Part shown: in pieces, positions 18,009 to 27,622 of the stretch
Layout: the number at the start of each line of letters is the position of its first letter
How positions within the stretch are numbered: the first letter of the stretch is position 1
Origin: Minisyncoccota bacterium
GTDB lineage: Bacteria > Patescibacteriota > Minisyncoccia > Phycocordibacterales > UBA9973
NCBI GenBank assembly: GCA_031413715.1
Contig: JANOFO010000009.1
Span: forward strand, 94,866-158,865
Length of the DNA stretch: 64,000 nt
Direction of reading: 5' to 3'
Notes under the pieces: model-generated
Told to the model about the DNA's origin: nothing
Seen by the model: the letters and a program-made list of their open reading frames with translations, nothing else
The model's database searches: none
Translations under genes and position numbers: made by a program

Positions 18009-18237
18009 ATCTTTAATTTTTTTGGTTCAAGAAATTGCATTCAATCTACATCTATTTTTATGTTTTGTCAAATCATTGTAGTAATTTCGCGTGTCTATTG
18101 ACTTATATATATTTTATGTTACCATAAAGGTAAATTTAAACTTTGTAATAATGGAGGTTGTTGGATGATCTAAGTTTCTTATTTTTTTTGAGATATTTAG
18201 ACCATCCAATTTAATCACCAATAGTAAACTTGAAAAA

Positions 18238-18510
18238 ATGAAGAAATTAACTCAATTTACAGAAGAAAATGCAATGTATATTGCAAAGTTATTAAACGAA
18301 GAATATGACAGATTCTATGTCTGGGAAGATAAAGTAATGATAGGTTTGAAGGAAAAAAATGGCAAAGAACAAAGTGTTTATATCTATCCAACTGGTCAGG
18401 TTTCTTTTCTTTATAATGACGGTGAACCAGGTGGTTCAGGTTATAAAGATATAAATACACTTCCTATTACTGATTATCTGCGCAAACAGGGTTTTGAATT
18501 TAAATACTAA
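18238..18510 (+). CDS. Hypothetical small protein.
   Basis: 90-aa ORF followed by a 10-bp stem terminator (CACCCTGCAA...TTGCAGGGTG plus a T-run) at about 18550..18586. Confidence 0.45.
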   Translation: MKKLTQFTEENAMYIAKLLNEEYDRFYVWEDKVMIGLKEKNGKEQSVYIYPTGQVSFLYNDGEPGGSGYKDINTLPITDYLRKQGFEFKY

Positions 18511-18817
18511 AGGATACCCGCTTCTACAAAGAATTAGAGATTATATCCCCACCCTGCAAGTAAAATTGCAGGGTGTCTTTTATTTTCTCATTATACATCA
18601 TTAGATGTTGACATTAGTTTTAATAAATATAATATAAAAAGTAATGAACGGGTACTTGGTCTGTATCTGCCTCCGTTTACGGAACATTTAAGGACTAGTA
18701 AGTGCTCATGCGGATTGGCATTTATTTAAGTTAATACATCGCAGCCAATAAGACACTTTAAGCCTGGGTTCTATAACCTGGGCTACTTTTTATTGTATTT
18801 TGAAAGCCCGTACTTTC

Positions 18818-19030
18818 TCATGATATTGAAACAAGCTTTGAAGGCGAGTGATGGCCATTTATTATGCGGATATTTTGGGTTTTGAAATGCATTCGCAATA
18901 TCTCAACAATACGATTGTTTGCTGCATTATGCTCGGCTTTCTCTCTTACCGATATAGCAAAGTACCCTGGTTTTATTTCCTCGATTGATTCTTGCTTTGC
19001 TCCCGGAATTGCTTTTACATGTATGTACAT
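18818..19030 (-). CDS. DUF167 / YggU-family protein.
   Basis: The match is IHVKAIPGAKQ-IEEI...NAANNRIVEILRMHF...IRIINGHHSPSKLVSI, which fits the DUF167 consensus (VKP-AK...A-NG-AN-L...I-I-G-S-K-V-I). It lies downstream of miaA. Confidence 0.6.
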   Translation of the reverse strand: MYIHVKAIPGAKQESIEEIKPGYFAISVREKAEHNAANNRIVEILRMHFKTQNIRIINGHHSPSKLVSIS

Positions 19031-19046
19031 ATACTAGGACATTATA

Positions 19047-19955
19047 CTATGCGAGGAATTTTTCTATCGTCTTTAAGATTTTCCTCCCCTCGTTTCCATT
19101 CGTTGGATCAATCCACATAATTTTTTTATCTCTTTTAAACCATGTCTTTTGTCGTTTGGCATAGTGCCAGATCTCGATATTTAATTTCTCGATCATTTCT
19201 TGTTTTGTAAGTTTGCCTTGTAGATATAGGGCACCATATCGATATTCAAGACCCAGATCATTCATCCGCTTCCATGACATACCTTGTTCATGTAACTTTT
19301 GTATTTCACGGAGCATGCCCTTCTTGACCCGAGCAAGAAGGCGAGCGTGGATCCTTTCTTTCAGTATCTGATCTGGAAAAACAAGGCCTATTTTTAAGGG
19401 ATACCACACAGAATGATCCTGTGTGGTAAGTTTTGGTACAGAGCCAAGGGCTTTTGCAATTTCAATCGCACGGACAAGTCGAACTTTATTATTCTTATCT
19501 ATAGTTTTGGCTCTTTTCGGGTCTAGTTTTTTCATATACTCAAATAACACGATCGTAGAAAATGAGTATAACTTTTTCCTTAATTTTAAATTGGGTGGAA
19601 CTTCAGGAAGAATTATTCCGTTTACTACAGAGTCAATATAAAATCCTGTACCACCACAAAGTATCGGGACTTTACCTCGAGCAATAATTTCTTTTATTTT
19701 TATATCAGCGAGTTTTTTGAAATCACTAACCGAAAATACTTTCTTGGGATTGGCTACATCGAGCAAATGGTGGGGGACACCCCCCATCTCCTTCTTTGTA
19801 ATTTTGCCTGTACCTAGGTCCATACCCTTATAAACTTGCCGTGAATCAGCGGAAATAATTTCCCCGCCTATTTTCTTTGCAATATCCACTGCGAAATCAC
19901 TCTTGCCGGTGGCAGTTTGACCGAGGATTACAATGATTTTAGGTTTGTTTTTCAT
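19047..19955 (-). CDS. miaA: tRNA dimethylallyltransferase.
   Basis: The P-loop is IVILGQTATGKS and the SADSRQVYKGMDLGTGK motif is present. The protein is 302 aa. Confidence 0.9.
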   Translation of the reverse strand: MKNKPKIIVILGQTATGKSDFAVDIAKKIGGEIISADSRQVYKGMDLGTGKITKKEMGGVPHHLLDVANPKKVFSVSDFKKLADIKIKEIIARGKVPILCGGTGFYIDSVVNGIILPEVPPNLKLRKKLYSFSTIVLFEYMKKLDPKRAKTIDKNNKVRLVRAIEIAKALGSVPKLTTQDHSVWYPLKIGLVFPDQILKERIHARLLARVKKGMLREIQKLHEQGMSWKRMNDLGLEYRYGALYLQGKLTKQEMIEKLNIEIWHYAKRQKTWFKRDKKIMWIDPTNGNEGRKILKTIEKFLA

Positions 19956-20004
19956 CCTACTGCATATACTCGCATATAAAAGGGTTTTTTGCTATAATTC
20001 ACTC

Positions 20005-20235
20005 ATGTCAATCAAAAGTTTTATAACTGAAAAGCTTATTCGAGCGAAAATGAAGCACTTGCCTAAAGTTCAACAGGATATGTTCATCAAGCTTATAAAT
20101 GAAAATCCAGAGCTCTTCAAGCAGATCGCCGATGATACAAAAGTACTTACAAAGGGTGGTATGAGCGAAATGGCTGCGACCATGCAGGTCATGCGCAAGC
20201 ATCAGGCTGAAATCCAGAAGGCAATGATGGGATAA
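20005..20235 (+). CDS. Hypothetical small helical protein. The start is chosen at MSIKSF because the longer frame overlaps the miaA start.
   Basis: The ORF is 100 aa from 19933. The internal Met at 20005 avoids overlap with the divergent miaA. Confidence 0.4.
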   Translation: MSIKSFITEKLIRAKMKHLPKVQQDMFIKLINENPELFKQIADDTKVLTKGGMSEMAATMQVMRKHQAEIQKAMMG

Positions 20236-20446
20236 CTAATCCATATTATTAAATTAAACACTCCAGACTACAAAAATACTGCGAAATTATACATTGACTA
20301 GCAGTTTTTTTGTGTTAGTATATTGGCAATAATGGATCTTTGAAAATACTGTTTTAGTCTTGTATTTATTGGGTTATCTTTGCCCCTCTTTTAAAGAAGT
20401 GGGGTTAAGATAACCCAATAAAATCAAAAACCTAAAACAATTAACC

Positions 20447-23400
20447 ATGGAAGTAAAAAACATCGAAGCATTCACAGTGGATCATATGACCCACATGTGC
20501 AATCTCATCCATGGTTCACAGAACTATGGATACCAAACACCCAAAGAAGGCAATGTTCAGGATCTTGTAAGAGAACTTTTGAATGATACTTTGCCGATTG
20601 AGCATGCCATTCATGCTCCATTACTAAAATACAATAATGTGAGAGTAGCTTTTGTTGAAAATTTAAAAAAAGCGCTCAAACCTTACTTGCTTGGTATGGG
20701 TATCAAATGGAGAAAGAGCCAAGATGAATGTATCGAAGCGATTCTTAAATCAATGGATCGAGGATATGTCAGACTTGTAAATGAATTACCAACAGGCGTT
20801 GGTAAATCATTAATCGAAGGTGCTCTTGTAAAAGCAGCGCTTAACACAATGAAACAGTTTGGCCTTGATTACGAAATTCACATTATCACTTCCCGAGTTG
20901 CAATTGCCGGGCAGTTAATCTATGAAGAACTGCCTGATGATGAAAAGGATGATGAACCTCTCGAAATGGGAAAACCAGGCGATGTGAGAATCTGGTGCCC
21001 AGAACTTCACGATGATCAGATCCGTATCCTTGCTGGAAAAAGCGGTAGTAGTAAAAAGGAACTCCAAAAGGATTCTGTCCTTACTGTTAGCACTTATCAA
21101 GGATTGCGTGTCGGTAGAATTGTTGAGCATTTCCGAAAACCAGTGTTTATGATTATCTGTGATGAATCTCACCATACAACTGAGAGAGTCACAATGCATC
21201 TTGAGCAGATGAAATCGTCTTTTGCTTTTGCCTTTAGTGCAACAGTGCTTGGGCCAAATAGGGATCCGTTTATATACTTTGAGCGTGTCGAAAGACCCGA
21301 AATTATCAAAGAAAAGAAAACCTACATGGACTACTTGTGCTATTACAAAAGTATGGGCGAATCTGTTTATGACAAGGAGCTAAAACCAATACGTTGGATT
21401 GATGGAAAAGTTAAGATTAACGTTTCAGACGTCAAAACTCGTCCAGGAATGGGAGTCTATGATATTTTCAACAATGAGTCTGTGGCGCAAGCCATCGCTC
21501 AAAATGCCGATCTCGCTGTGCAGATAATTGAAGAAGCTTTTTTGACAGAGCATGTAGGATTAGAGCTCTCTAATTCAATGCCTATTTGGAGACGAAGTGG
21601 TCTTGTAGCTGTTGAAAGAGTGAACTTCGCAATTGACTGCGTAGAACTTTGCAATAAAATTCTGCCAGAAAAGCTAAAGAAAAAGTACGGTGAAGATGCT
21701 TATTTCAGAGCGGGGTATGTAGATGGAAAAATGACAAAAGATGAGTATAAAAAGGCTATCAAAGACTTTAAGGCAGGACGGATAACACTTCTATTCTCTG
21801 TAAAAAAAATAGGGGAGGGTGTTAATCTACTCTGTGCAAATTTACTCATCTTACTCAAAGCTTTCGGACTTGGATCAATGTGGGAACTCAAGCAATGGCT
21901 TGGACGTCCTGCTAGGGTAGATCCTGATAACCCTCTAGGAGATATGGTTGTGCTTGACTCGGTCTATCAAAGTGACAAACACTTGCTTGCAAGCATCTTT
22001 GGTATTTTTGGTCAATCAACATCACTCTCTGGAGGATTAGTGGCTGGTTGGGGTAACTCTTATGAACTTGAAAAAAAGATCATCGGGCTACTTCGTACCT
22101 GTAAAACCATTACAGAGCTTTGGAATATGTTGTCAGTTCAAGAGCAAGACCTTTTTCCTTTTTTACGGGACAAGGTGATTGAAGATCAGTTGAAGTCCGA
22201 GCGAAGTGAAGAATCTCATCCTCACCTGTACAAAAGTGGACGGGTGTTTGATCTTAAAAGTGTCCATTTTGTAGAACGTGACGATATCCAATTTTCGATG
22301 TCATTGGGCAATCCTGAAGCAATGGCTAAATATGCACTTGAAACATTAATTGATCAGGGATTTAACACAGCCGAGAGGTTGAGAGCGGTGAGAGATCACT
22401 CACTTCTTTTATGGTCTCGCCGACGTTTAGGAGCATTCCGTGACGGTCTTACGATGGTCAATTTAGTGCTAGGGATGAATGAAAAGGCTTTAATAGTTCC
22501 TCACATGACATCATTTATCGAACTCATGAAGAAAATTGGTCTTCCAATAGGGAGGATACTTGTCAGAAGAGAAATTGAACCCGTTGTGGAAAATAGGGCA
22601 AAAACCACTACTACTAATGGGGTGTCTGGTCGCCAAAAAGCTGAACACCTTAATACCAAAAAAAAGGAAATACGATCAGGTGTATTTACCAAGTTGCTCA
22701 AAGTACAGGGAAAAGATGGTTCTGTTGAATCGCTCTATGAACTATGTCGGGATCTATTTGGCATAGAGCCAGTAATCACAGTTATTACAAAAGATTTCTA
22801 TACTAAAACTAATCTACATCGAGCCCAGGCGGTAATTATATTACCTGACGGGCATAAGTATTCTAGTACAGTAAGGGAGTCACATAATGAAGAAACTGCG
22901 AAGCATTCCTGTGCAGCAGAACTCGAACAATCGATACATGATCTTTTTAGGAAGAAAGAGATAAAATTATACAAGGGAAGTCCTTTGTTCATGACCTATC
23001 TTAAACTTCTAAGGATTATTATATGTGAGTATGGATTTGGAGAAATTGATTACACGCCTATTATAGAAGCGAATGGAGTGAAATCAATACAGGCAAGCGT
23101 GGCAAATAAGAAGGGAAGAATACCAGGAGGTATTGTATCCCATCGTGAGATTGAAATTGCAAAACAACACGCCGATATAACGCTGTGCTTCGAGTTATTA
23201 AAATTGTTCCCTGGTTTTTATCAGGATGAACCTTTCATGGAAACTCATCATAAGAATGATTTAGATATCTTGTGTCGAAAAATGAATCTAACTTTTAAAA
23301 AAGAGTATGTCAAAATTAGATCAAATGGTTATGATCTCCATAAGGCAACTATTACTTGTACGATCTATAAGAAAGTTGGTTTTGGCATTAATCAAATAGG

Positions 23401-23458
23401 AGCGATGGAAAAAGCATCGGCCGGAATGATTTATGAATTAAAAAAGTTCGATAACTAA
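20447..23458 (+). CDS. Large DExH-box SF2 helicase with an unknown central region and three C-terminal dsRBD-like modules.
   Basis: Motif I is LPTGVGKS, motif II is ICDESHH, motif III is FSAT, motif V is LLFSVKKIGEGVNL and motif VI is QWLGRPAR. C-terminal modules carry dsRBD-like alpha-2 signatures: EETAKHSCAAELEQ, REIEIAKQHADITLCFELL and GAMEKASAGMIYEL. The protein is 1003 aa. A structured 5' leader lies upstream (see finding at 20367..20420). Confidence 0.65.
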   Translation: MEVKNIEAFTVDHMTHMCNLIHGSQNYGYQTPKEGNVQDLVRELLNDTLPIEHAIHAPLLKYNNVRVAFVENLKKALKPYLLGMGIKWRKSQDECIEAILKSMDRGYVRLVNELPTGVGKSLIEGALVKAALNTMKQFGLDYEIHIITSRVAIAGQLIYEELPDDEKDDEPLEMGKPGDVRIWCPELHDDQIRILAGKSGSSKKELQKDSVLTVSTYQGLRVGRIVEHFRKPVFMIICDESHHTTERVTMHLEQMKSSFAFAFSATVLGPNRDPFIYFERVERPEIIKEKKTYMDYLCYYKSMGESVYDKELKPIRWIDGKVKINVSDVKTRPGMGVYDIFNNESVAQAIAQNADLAVQIIEEAFLTEHVGLELSNSMPIWRRSGLVAVERVNFAIDCVELCNKILPEKLKKKYGEDAYFRAGYVDGKMTKDEYKKAIKDFKAGRITLLFSVKKIGEGVNLLCANLLILLKAFGLGSMWELKQWLGRPARVDPDNPLGDMVVLDSVYQSDKHLLASIFGIFGQSTSLSGGLVAGWGNSYELEKKIIGLLRTCKTITELWNMLSVQEQDLFPFLRDKVIEDQLKSERSEESHPHLYKSGRVFDLKSVHFVERDDIQFSMSLGNPEAMAKYALETLIDQGFNTAERLRAVRDHSLLLWSRRRLGAFRDGLTMVNLVLGMNEKALIVPHMTSFIELMKKIGLPIGRILVRREIEPVVENRAKTTTTNGVSGRQKAEHLNTKKKEIRSGVFTKLLKVQGKDGSVESLYELCRDLFGIEPVITVITKDFYTKTNLHRAQAVIILPDGHKYSSTVRESHNEETAKHSCAAELEQSIHDLFRKKEIKLYKGSPLFMTYLKLLRIIICEYGFGEIDYTPIIEANGVKSIQASVANKKGRIPGGIVSHREIEIAKQHADITLCFELLKLFPGFYQDEPFMETHHKNDLDILCRKMNLTFKKEYVKIRSNGYDLHKATITCTIYKKVGFGINQIGAMEKASAGMIYELKKFDN

Positions 23459-23584
23459 TTGGCAAAAGTGCTAGTCATTCAAAATTCATAGACCTTGCTG
23501 TTCTCAGCAAGGTCTATTTTTATATATAAAAAAGCCGATGAGTTAACATCGGCTTTTCGAGCATACAATATAATATTTCTATGC

Positions 23585-25075
23585 TTATTTTGATAACAAC
23601 AATGCCTGCATCAAGGATCCTGCAAAAACTGGCCCTCGCTCCTTTACTATTTCTGTAAGCAGAGCATCTGAAATTTCAAGCTTCAGCCCCCTCTTTTTGA
23701 ATTCAATAAGGATTTCATCATCAGAGGTGGGCTTTTTCAGATTACGTTTAGTGAATTCATCGGTAATAACATCATTTGAAATCAGGGTAATCAAACCTCT
23801 GTTTTCAAATGCCGTTATTAAATGATTATCGGGGATCTGACTCAATACAGACAATAATGGCATTTGGGTAGCGATAGTGACAAGCTGTTCTTTTTTATCA
23901 ATCACTTGTTCTTCCGTTTTTTCTGCCTTGATCTTTTTTTCTATTACAATTACAGGCGCAGTGCTTACTTTACCGATGAGTGAAAATTTTAGCCATTTAC
24001 TATCATCTCGGCTTTTTTCTACTAACCATTCTGGTTTTAATTCCCTTGCTTTAGTAATTAAGGCATCACGATCTCCAGAAATACCAACACGGTACACATA
24101 AGGGACTTTCTCATTCAAACCGTCTGTTTCATCGCCTATTTTTCTTATGAAATCCCGGACTTGTTTGTAGAAGGTTCCCTTTGAAACATCCTCTTGGGTT
24201 GGTTGAGACGATCCTGTTGTTTCGGTAGATATCTTTTTGTAGCAGGATTTGATGTCCTCGAATGTGAATGGGTAATCTTGTGTGCGCTTGAATATTAGGG
24301 TTTGATTATTTTGAGTACAATCAAGCCCGTATTCAACACAAAGCAAGCCGGCCCTCTCTGCTATTTCTTTTGATTCAAAACCGATGATGAGTTCGTGTGT
24401 TTCACTATAGCCGCTCGTATGAATCATAATACCGAAGGCTTCGGTGATTACTTTTCTGAGATAGTCTTCGTTCGGATCAGGTTGATTTTGCAAATCATCA
24501 TTAGCGCTTGGTGAACCATGCGCCTGTCCGTTCGTCGGTGTTATTACTGAAGAAAGACGTATAAAGATATCTTCGCCATGACGTTCAAATTTGAACTGTT
24601 TAAGGTTTAGATGGGTGCTTAGGAATGTAGTTACTGTCCCAGCCATTTGAGTGGTTTGAACTCTGATAAAGTCAGGACCTTGGCAAATTCTATTACTAAG
24701 GTTTCTACCTTGTAAAAACTTTTTAATTTCAAGAAAGATCAAGCCGACGGCATCTTTTTCTGGTTTTTTACCTGGAACTTCTGTTTTTAGATTTGTCACA
24801 GGGGTTAAATTGTTTACATCATCAAAAATAATGAATGTTGTCCTCTCATCTTTTATTACTGGAAAATTGAAGAGGCTTAATCTCTTCATCCAGTCAGCTC
24901 TTTCATTAGGATGATAGAAATCAATAACTGGGCATAAGAACTTACCCATGTTCCTGTTCGTGAATTTGTGGCTATTTTTTCCTTCAAGAGCTAAAAAAGC
25001 TTTGAGTTCAGTAATGGTGATTTCAGAAATGCGGTTATAGTCATCTATGGACTGTAAGGGTTTGAGTTGTGGCAT
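23585..25075 (-). CDS. Hypothetical 496-aa protein, convergent with the helicase.
   Basis: It is a long ORF with a good coding look. I recognise no motifs. Confidence 0.55.
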   Translation of the reverse strand: MPQLKPLQSIDDYNRISEITITELKAFLALEGKNSHKFTNRNMGKFLCPVIDFYHPNERADWMKRLSLFNFPVIKDERTTFIIFDDVNNLTPVTNLKTEVPGKKPEKDAVGLIFLEIKKFLQGRNLSNRICQGPDFIRVQTTQMAGTVTTFLSTHLNLKQFKFERHGEDIFIRLSSVITPTNGQAHGSPSANDDLQNQPDPNEDYLRKVITEAFGIMIHTSGYSETHELIIGFESKEIAERAGLLCVEYGLDCTQNNQTLIFKRTQDYPFTFEDIKSCYKKISTETTGSSQPTQEDVSKGTFYKQVRDFIRKIGDETDGLNEKVPYVYRVGISGDRDALITKARELKPEWLVEKSRDDSKWLKFSLIGKVSTAPVIVIEKKIKAEKTEEQVIDKKEQLVTIATQMPLLSVLSQIPDNHLITAFENRGLITLISNDVITDEFTKRNLKKPTSDDEILIEFKKRGLKLEISDALLTEIVKERGPVFAGSLMQALLLSK

Positions 25076-25284
25076 GTTTTTTATTTTAATGGATTAATTG
25101 GTTTGTTGTTTATTTTAAAATCCTGATAGATCCTAAAATAAACAACAAACCAAGTCCGACAGAATTTATTACATTATATAACATTTCCTCAATAAGTCAA
25201 TCTATTCTTACTAGCTAAAATTTTTTGAAAATTATTTCATATAAGTTTGAAAATAAGCATATTTCTGGTATATTCATTCTATAT

Positions 25285-26400
25285 ATGAGTCTTTCAATTG
25301 GAATTGTAGGTTTGCCGAACGTGGGTAAGTCCACGCTTTTTAATGCGCTGACTAAAAAGGGTGTACCTGCCGAGAATTATCCATTCTGCACTATTGATCC
25401 ATCGGTAGGTATTGTGCCTGTGCCTGATGACCGGCTCTGGAAGCTATCAGAATTCTCTAAGTCTGCGAAGACCATTCCTGCTGTAATTGAGTTCGTAGAT
25501 ATCGCTGGCCTTGTAAAAGGGGCCTCGAAAGGTGAAGGTTTGGGGAATAAATTTCTAGCCAACATTCGCGAGGTTGATGCGATTTTTGAAATGGTACGTA
25601 TCTTTCCGCTCAAGAATGAAAAAGGTGGCAATGAAATTATCCACGTGTACGGTGATATTGATCCGCTTCGCGATATTGAAGTTATAAATCTTGAGCTTAT
25701 ATTGGCTGACTTTGAAACAGTTTCTAAGCGAAGAAATAATCTTGTTCGTGAAATTAAAAAAGGGGACAAAGAAGCAGTTATAGAAGATGGCGCACTGCTT
25801 AAACTCGAGCAGGCTTTCGAGAAAGGCCAGCTCGCCAATACTGTCTCGTTTGATGAGAAAGAAAAGGAAAAAATAAAAATGCTGAATCTCTTGACCCTGA
25901 AGCCATTTATTTACGGACTGAATAAAAAAGGTGGAGCGAAAAATCTAGATGAAACAAATCCAGAGATATTCAAGGAACTCACAGACTATATAGAAAAATC
26001 TGGTTCTAGATATGTAGTCCTCGATGCTAAAATTGAAGAAGAACTCAAAGATTTTGAAGGTGATGAGAAAGAAACTTTCCGTAGGGAATTAGGCGGAGAA
26101 AACGATGGGATTAATAATTTGATAAGCGAAGGTTACAAACTGCTTGGTCTCGATACCTACTTTACAACGGGCGAAGATGAAACTCGTGCCTGGACTATCG
26201 CCCATGGTTCTACTGCTCCGATTGCGGGTACGGCGATCCATACTGACTTTAAGGATAAATTTATCCGTGCAGAGGTTGTCTTTTGGAAAGACCTCCTTGA
26301 TGCAGGAAGTTACGGTGAAGCCCGTTCTAAGGGCAAAGTGCGAACAGAAGGGAAGGAGTATATTGTAAAGGATGGAGATGTAGTAGAGTTTAGAATATAA
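25285..26400 (+). CDS. ychF: Ribosome-binding ATPase YchF (Obg-family GTPase/ATPase).
   Basis: The G1 motif is MSLSIGIVGLPNVGKSTLFNALT, and a C-terminal TGS domain is present. The true start is probably the Met at 25285, not the track start at 25225. Confidence 0.9.
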   Translation: MSLSIGIVGLPNVGKSTLFNALTKKGVPAENYPFCTIDPSVGIVPVPDDRLWKLSEFSKSAKTIPAVIEFVDIAGLVKGASKGEGLGNKFLANIREVDAIFEMVRIFPLKNEKGGNEIIHVYGDIDPLRDIEVINLELILADFETVSKRRNNLVREIKKGDKEAVIEDGALLKLEQAFEKGQLANTVSFDEKEKEKIKMLNLLTLKPFIYGLNKKGGAKNLDETNPEIFKELTDYIEKSGSRYVVLDAKIEEELKDFEGDEKETFRRELGGENDGINNLISEGYKLLGLDTYFTTGEDETRAWTIAHGSTAPIAGTAIHTDFKDKFIRAEVVFWKDLLDAGSYGEARSKGKVRTEGKEYIVKDGDVVEFRI

Positions 26401-26403
26401 AAA

Positions 26404-26427
26404 GGTGATCCCTTGGATCACCTTTTT
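26404..26427. terminator. Bidirectional rho-independent terminator.
   Basis: The sequence is AAA GGTGATCC CTT GGATCACC TTTTT, a perfect 8-bp stem flanked by an A-run and a T-run. Confidence 0.7.
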
Positions 26428-26686
26428 AGAGGATTGATTTTACAGACTCGCATTAAGCCATATTGCGAGTCCAAGGACAAGCGTTGCCAAAGCAAGAAAA
26501 CGCATGTCAATAAGTCTCCTCCACTCTCCCCATGTCATTTTCGTAAACGAAGCCTTGTTTTTCATACACGAACAATTTAGGTTTTATAATTTCACATTCT
26601 CACTTTTACCATACTCTTCTGTATCCGTCTAGTCAAGCAAGATTTAGAATTGAAAAATATGTATCAGAAAATGCTATAATAGCAGT

Positions 26687-27016
26687 ATGGATCTAACGCA
26701 ACAAAAATGCATAGCGTGTGAAGGGGGTGATATTGTTCCATATGATAAAGAAGAGGCAGAAGTATTGTTAAAGCAAATACCTGACTGGGAACTTTCTGAT
26801 GATGTAAAAACTATTAGTAAAAAATATGTATTTGCTGATTTTAAAGAAGCACTTTCCTTTGTTGACAAGATAGGTAAAATTGCCGAGAGTGAAGGACATC
26901 ATCCGGATATCCATCTTACCGGCTTTAAAAATGTAGAAATCGATCTTTCTACGCATGCCATCGATGGTCTTTCCCAGAACGATTTTATTGTTGCAGCTAA
27001 GATTGATGAGAAATAA
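26687..27016 (+). CDS. Pterin-4-alpha-carbinolamine dehydratase (PCD/DCoH).
   Basis: The signature is EGHHPDI. The protein is 109 aa. A TGcTATAAT extended -10 lies at 26672..26680. Confidence 0.8.
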   Translation: MDLTQQKCIACEGGDIVPYDKEEAEVLLKQIPDWELSDDVKTISKKYVFADFKEALSFVDKIGKIAESEGHHPDIHLTGFKNVEIDLSTHAIDGLSQNDFIVAAKIDEK

Positions 27017-27589
27017 ATGAGCAATAATTGGAATCAGGTTGCAAGTATTATAAAGAAAAGTGGGGTGACAATTATTCCGACCGATACACTCTATGGTATT
27101 GTCGCTAGTGCATTTTCTAAAAAAGCAGTTGCAAGAATCTATATGCTCAAAGGCAGAGACAAAAGCAAGCCATGCATTGTTCTCATATCTTCCATAAGTG
27201 ATTTAAATAAATTTGGTGTTGCTGTCACTCAAGAGCAAAAAAAATTTCTCGCGAGTGTCTGGCCTGGTAAGGTGAGCGTTATCTTGCCATGTCCGAGTAA
27301 TAGATTTAAATATTTACATCGAGGAACCAAGACGATCGCGTTCCGGATGATCGGATCTCGAAATGGAAATTTATACGGTCTCTTGAAGAAAGTTGGCCCT
27401 TTGGTTGCACCAAGTGCCAACCCACAAGGACGTCTACCTACAAAGAGTATGTGGGAAGCCAAGGAATATTTCGGTGACAAAGTAGACATATACGCATGCG
27501 GGCACACAAAAGCTTCCAAGCCGTCAACCCTTATAGAATATAAAAAGGGAAAGTGGAATGTTCTCAGGCAAGGTGTCGTCCAGATTTAG
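27017..27589 (+). CDS. tsaC: L-threonylcarbamoyladenylate synthase (TsaC / YrdC family).
   Basis: The motif is IIPTDTLYGIVAS. The protein is 190 aa and abuts the PCD stop. Confidence 0.8.
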   Translation: MSNNWNQVASIIKKSGVTIIPTDTLYGIVASAFSKKAVARIYMLKGRDKSKPCIVLISSISDLNKFGVAVTQEQKKFLASVWPGKVSVILPCPSNRFKYLHRGTKTIAFRMIGSRNGNLYGLLKKVGPLVAPSANPQGRLPTKSMWEAKEYFGDKVDIYACGHTKASKPSTLIEYKKGKWNVLRQGVVQI

Positions 27590-27622
27590 ATTTATCGGGC
27601 ATTTTTGATATACTCTATATAT

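Noticed and set aside
25225-25284. Longer YchF start (MKIISYKFENKHISGIFILY...).
   Set aside because: Conserved YchF begins at the G1 motif. The extension is AT-rich promoter-like sequence.
26440-26565. 41-aa hydrophobic minus-strand peptide (MKNKASFTKMTWGEWRRLIDMRFLALATLVLGLAIWLNASL) just after the ychF terminator.
   Set aside because: It is plausible as a small membrane protein, but I found no RBS, conservation or other support. I left it out of the feature list.
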